The notes under the pieces: model-generated
The model's input: only the letters and a program-made list of their open reading frames with translations
Told to the model about the DNA's origin: nothing
The model's database searches: none
In this document: positions 26,136 through 27,394 of the stretch, piece after piece
Position numbering within the stretch: position 1 is the first letter of the stretch
How the letters are laid out: each line of letters opens with the position of its first letter
Source: a virus
Taxonomy: Duplodnaviria; Caudoviricetes
Strand: one strand, 5' to 3'
DNA: 27,394 nucleotides
IMG/VR virus record: IMGVR_UViG_3300025530_000046
Location: 1-27,394 of that record
Program-made: the position numbers and the translations under genes

Positions 26136-26144
26136 GAGACTCGG

Positions 26145-27394
26145 TCATGCGGCGAGCTTCAGCTTCTTGAGTTCTGCGAGGTTTTGGCCAGCTTCCGCAT
26201 CCGCGGGGAACTTGAGCTGCGGCTGCCAACCGACCTCATGGAAAGGAAGGTTTGACATAACTTCCTGCGCTCTGGAAGCCCACAGGTGTGCATCTTGTTC
26301 CGGGATGTACGCGATCATGGCGTCGTGAATCATGCCCACAATTTCGATCTCTGGGTACGCATCGTCGATAAGCGCGATCGCCCAGAGCATCATGTCGGAC
26401 AGGCAAGACTGGATCGGAGAGTTGATGGCCTGGCGCTCGGCCTTGGCTCGAACCGCCTTGTCCCAGCTGCGGATCATGGGCAGATGGCGGACGCGGCCCA
26501 GCGGAGAACGGACCATCTCGTGCATGCTGACGAGCTTGCGCTGCCTCTCATGGTAGTCGATCAGGCCGGAGTAGAGAGCAAAGAAGTCGTTTCTGATCTT
26601 CTCGGCTTCCGCGTAGGTCAGTCGGAGACTGTAGTTCGCCCACGCATAAGCCTGGAAGCCCTCGACACCCATGCCGTAAAGCAGACCGAAATTGCCTGCC
26701 TTGGCTCGAGAGCGCAGTTCCTCGAACAGCTTGGCGAGCCTTTCGTCCGCGCTATCCTTCCAGCTCAGGAACTCCTCATAGCTCACGCCACCAAGCTGCG
26801 CTCCGGTCACCGCGTGCAGGTCCTTACCCTCCTCATAGGCGGCGATCATGTTCTTCTCGTTCGCCACGCAAGCCACCACGCGAAGCTCGCCCTGGCTGTA
26901 GTCCAGGGAGCATACGACCTTGCCAGGCGGTGCTGGGAAGCAGGCCCTGATCTTCTTTGCCCAATAGGTCTTTTTCGGCAGCGTCTGGAAGGCGGGGTCC
27001 TTCGCTGACAGGCGGCCCGTCACGGTGCCGGACTCGTCATCATCGTCATCATACAGACCACCATGGAACAGCATGTAGGTCGGGTGCAGCCGACCGTCCG
27101 GCCTCAGATGCTTCAGGAATCCCTCGATGAAGGTCGAGAGCGTTTTCGAGGCTGCGTCCATTTCGGTGAGCGTCTCGATCATCTCCGCAGCCTCCGGCAC
27201 GTCCGCGAACTGCCGGAGATGGGATTTGGTCATGGATGGCTCGCCCGTTTTGGCTGTGAGTTCCTTGGGTTTCAGGTTAAGACCCAGGGGTGAGAAGAAG
27301 TATTCTTTGAGCAGAGATGGCAGTAGCGGGCTTTTCCCGGCCTTTAGCTGCCCCTCAATCTTGTCGCGGTATTTGATCTTGAGGCGGTTCGGGA
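26145..27394 (-). CDS. polA: Phage family A DNA polymerase (3' part; open to the right edge)
   Basis: TGRLS, motif A DYSQGELR, motif B R..AK.GNFGLLYG, AERQAIN.PIQ, motif C IHD. Frame checked open from 27392. Confidence 0.95.
   Translation of the reverse strand, partial: PNRLKIKYRDKIEGQLKAGKSPLLPSLLKEYFFSPLGLNLKPKELTAKTGEPSMTKSHLRQFADVPEAAEMIETLTEMDAASKTLSTFIEGFLKHLRPDGRLHPTYMLFHGGLYDDDDDESGTVTGRLSAKDPAFQTLPKKTYWAKKIRACFPAPPGKVVCSLDYSQGELRVVACVANEKNMIAAYEEGKDLHAVTGAQLGGVSYEEFLSWKDSADERLAKLFEELRSRAKAGNFGLLYGMGVEGFQAYAWANYSLRLTYAEAEKIRNDFFALYSGLIDYHERQRKLVSMHEMVRSPLGRVRHLPMIRSWDKAVRAKAERQAINSPIQSCLSDMMLWAIALIDDAYPEIEIVGMIHDAMIAYIPEQDAHLWASRAQEVMSNLPFHEVGWQPQLKFPADAEAGQNLAELKKLKLAA

Overview
GC-rich tailed-phage (siphovirus-like) DNA. 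Every credible gene is on the minus strand. Reading right to left: 3' part of a family A DNA polymerase, PBSX-type portal, SPP1 gp7/Mu F-like head protein, XkdF-like prohead protease, scaffold, major capsid, head-tail/neck genes, tail tube, a two-gene insertion (one gene a lipoprotein), a -1 frameshifted tail chaperone pair, a 1517-aa tape measure with an embedded Cys/His peptidase domain, a GTA-like tail tip (DUF2460, DUF2163, NlpC/P60, megatron-like), a DUF2793 repeat fibre, and two paralogous 'DGFD' lectin-like proteins. No terminase, lysis, integrase, tRNA or CRISPR was recognised. The strongest unexplained signal is an AT-rich 14-bp palindrome, TGCAATTAATTGCA, seen ten times (5 exact, 4 with one mismatch, 1 with two). 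It lies at module junctions and inside genes, and some copies form the apex of larger inverted repeats. Family calls come from motif recognition and synteny only; no searches were run.
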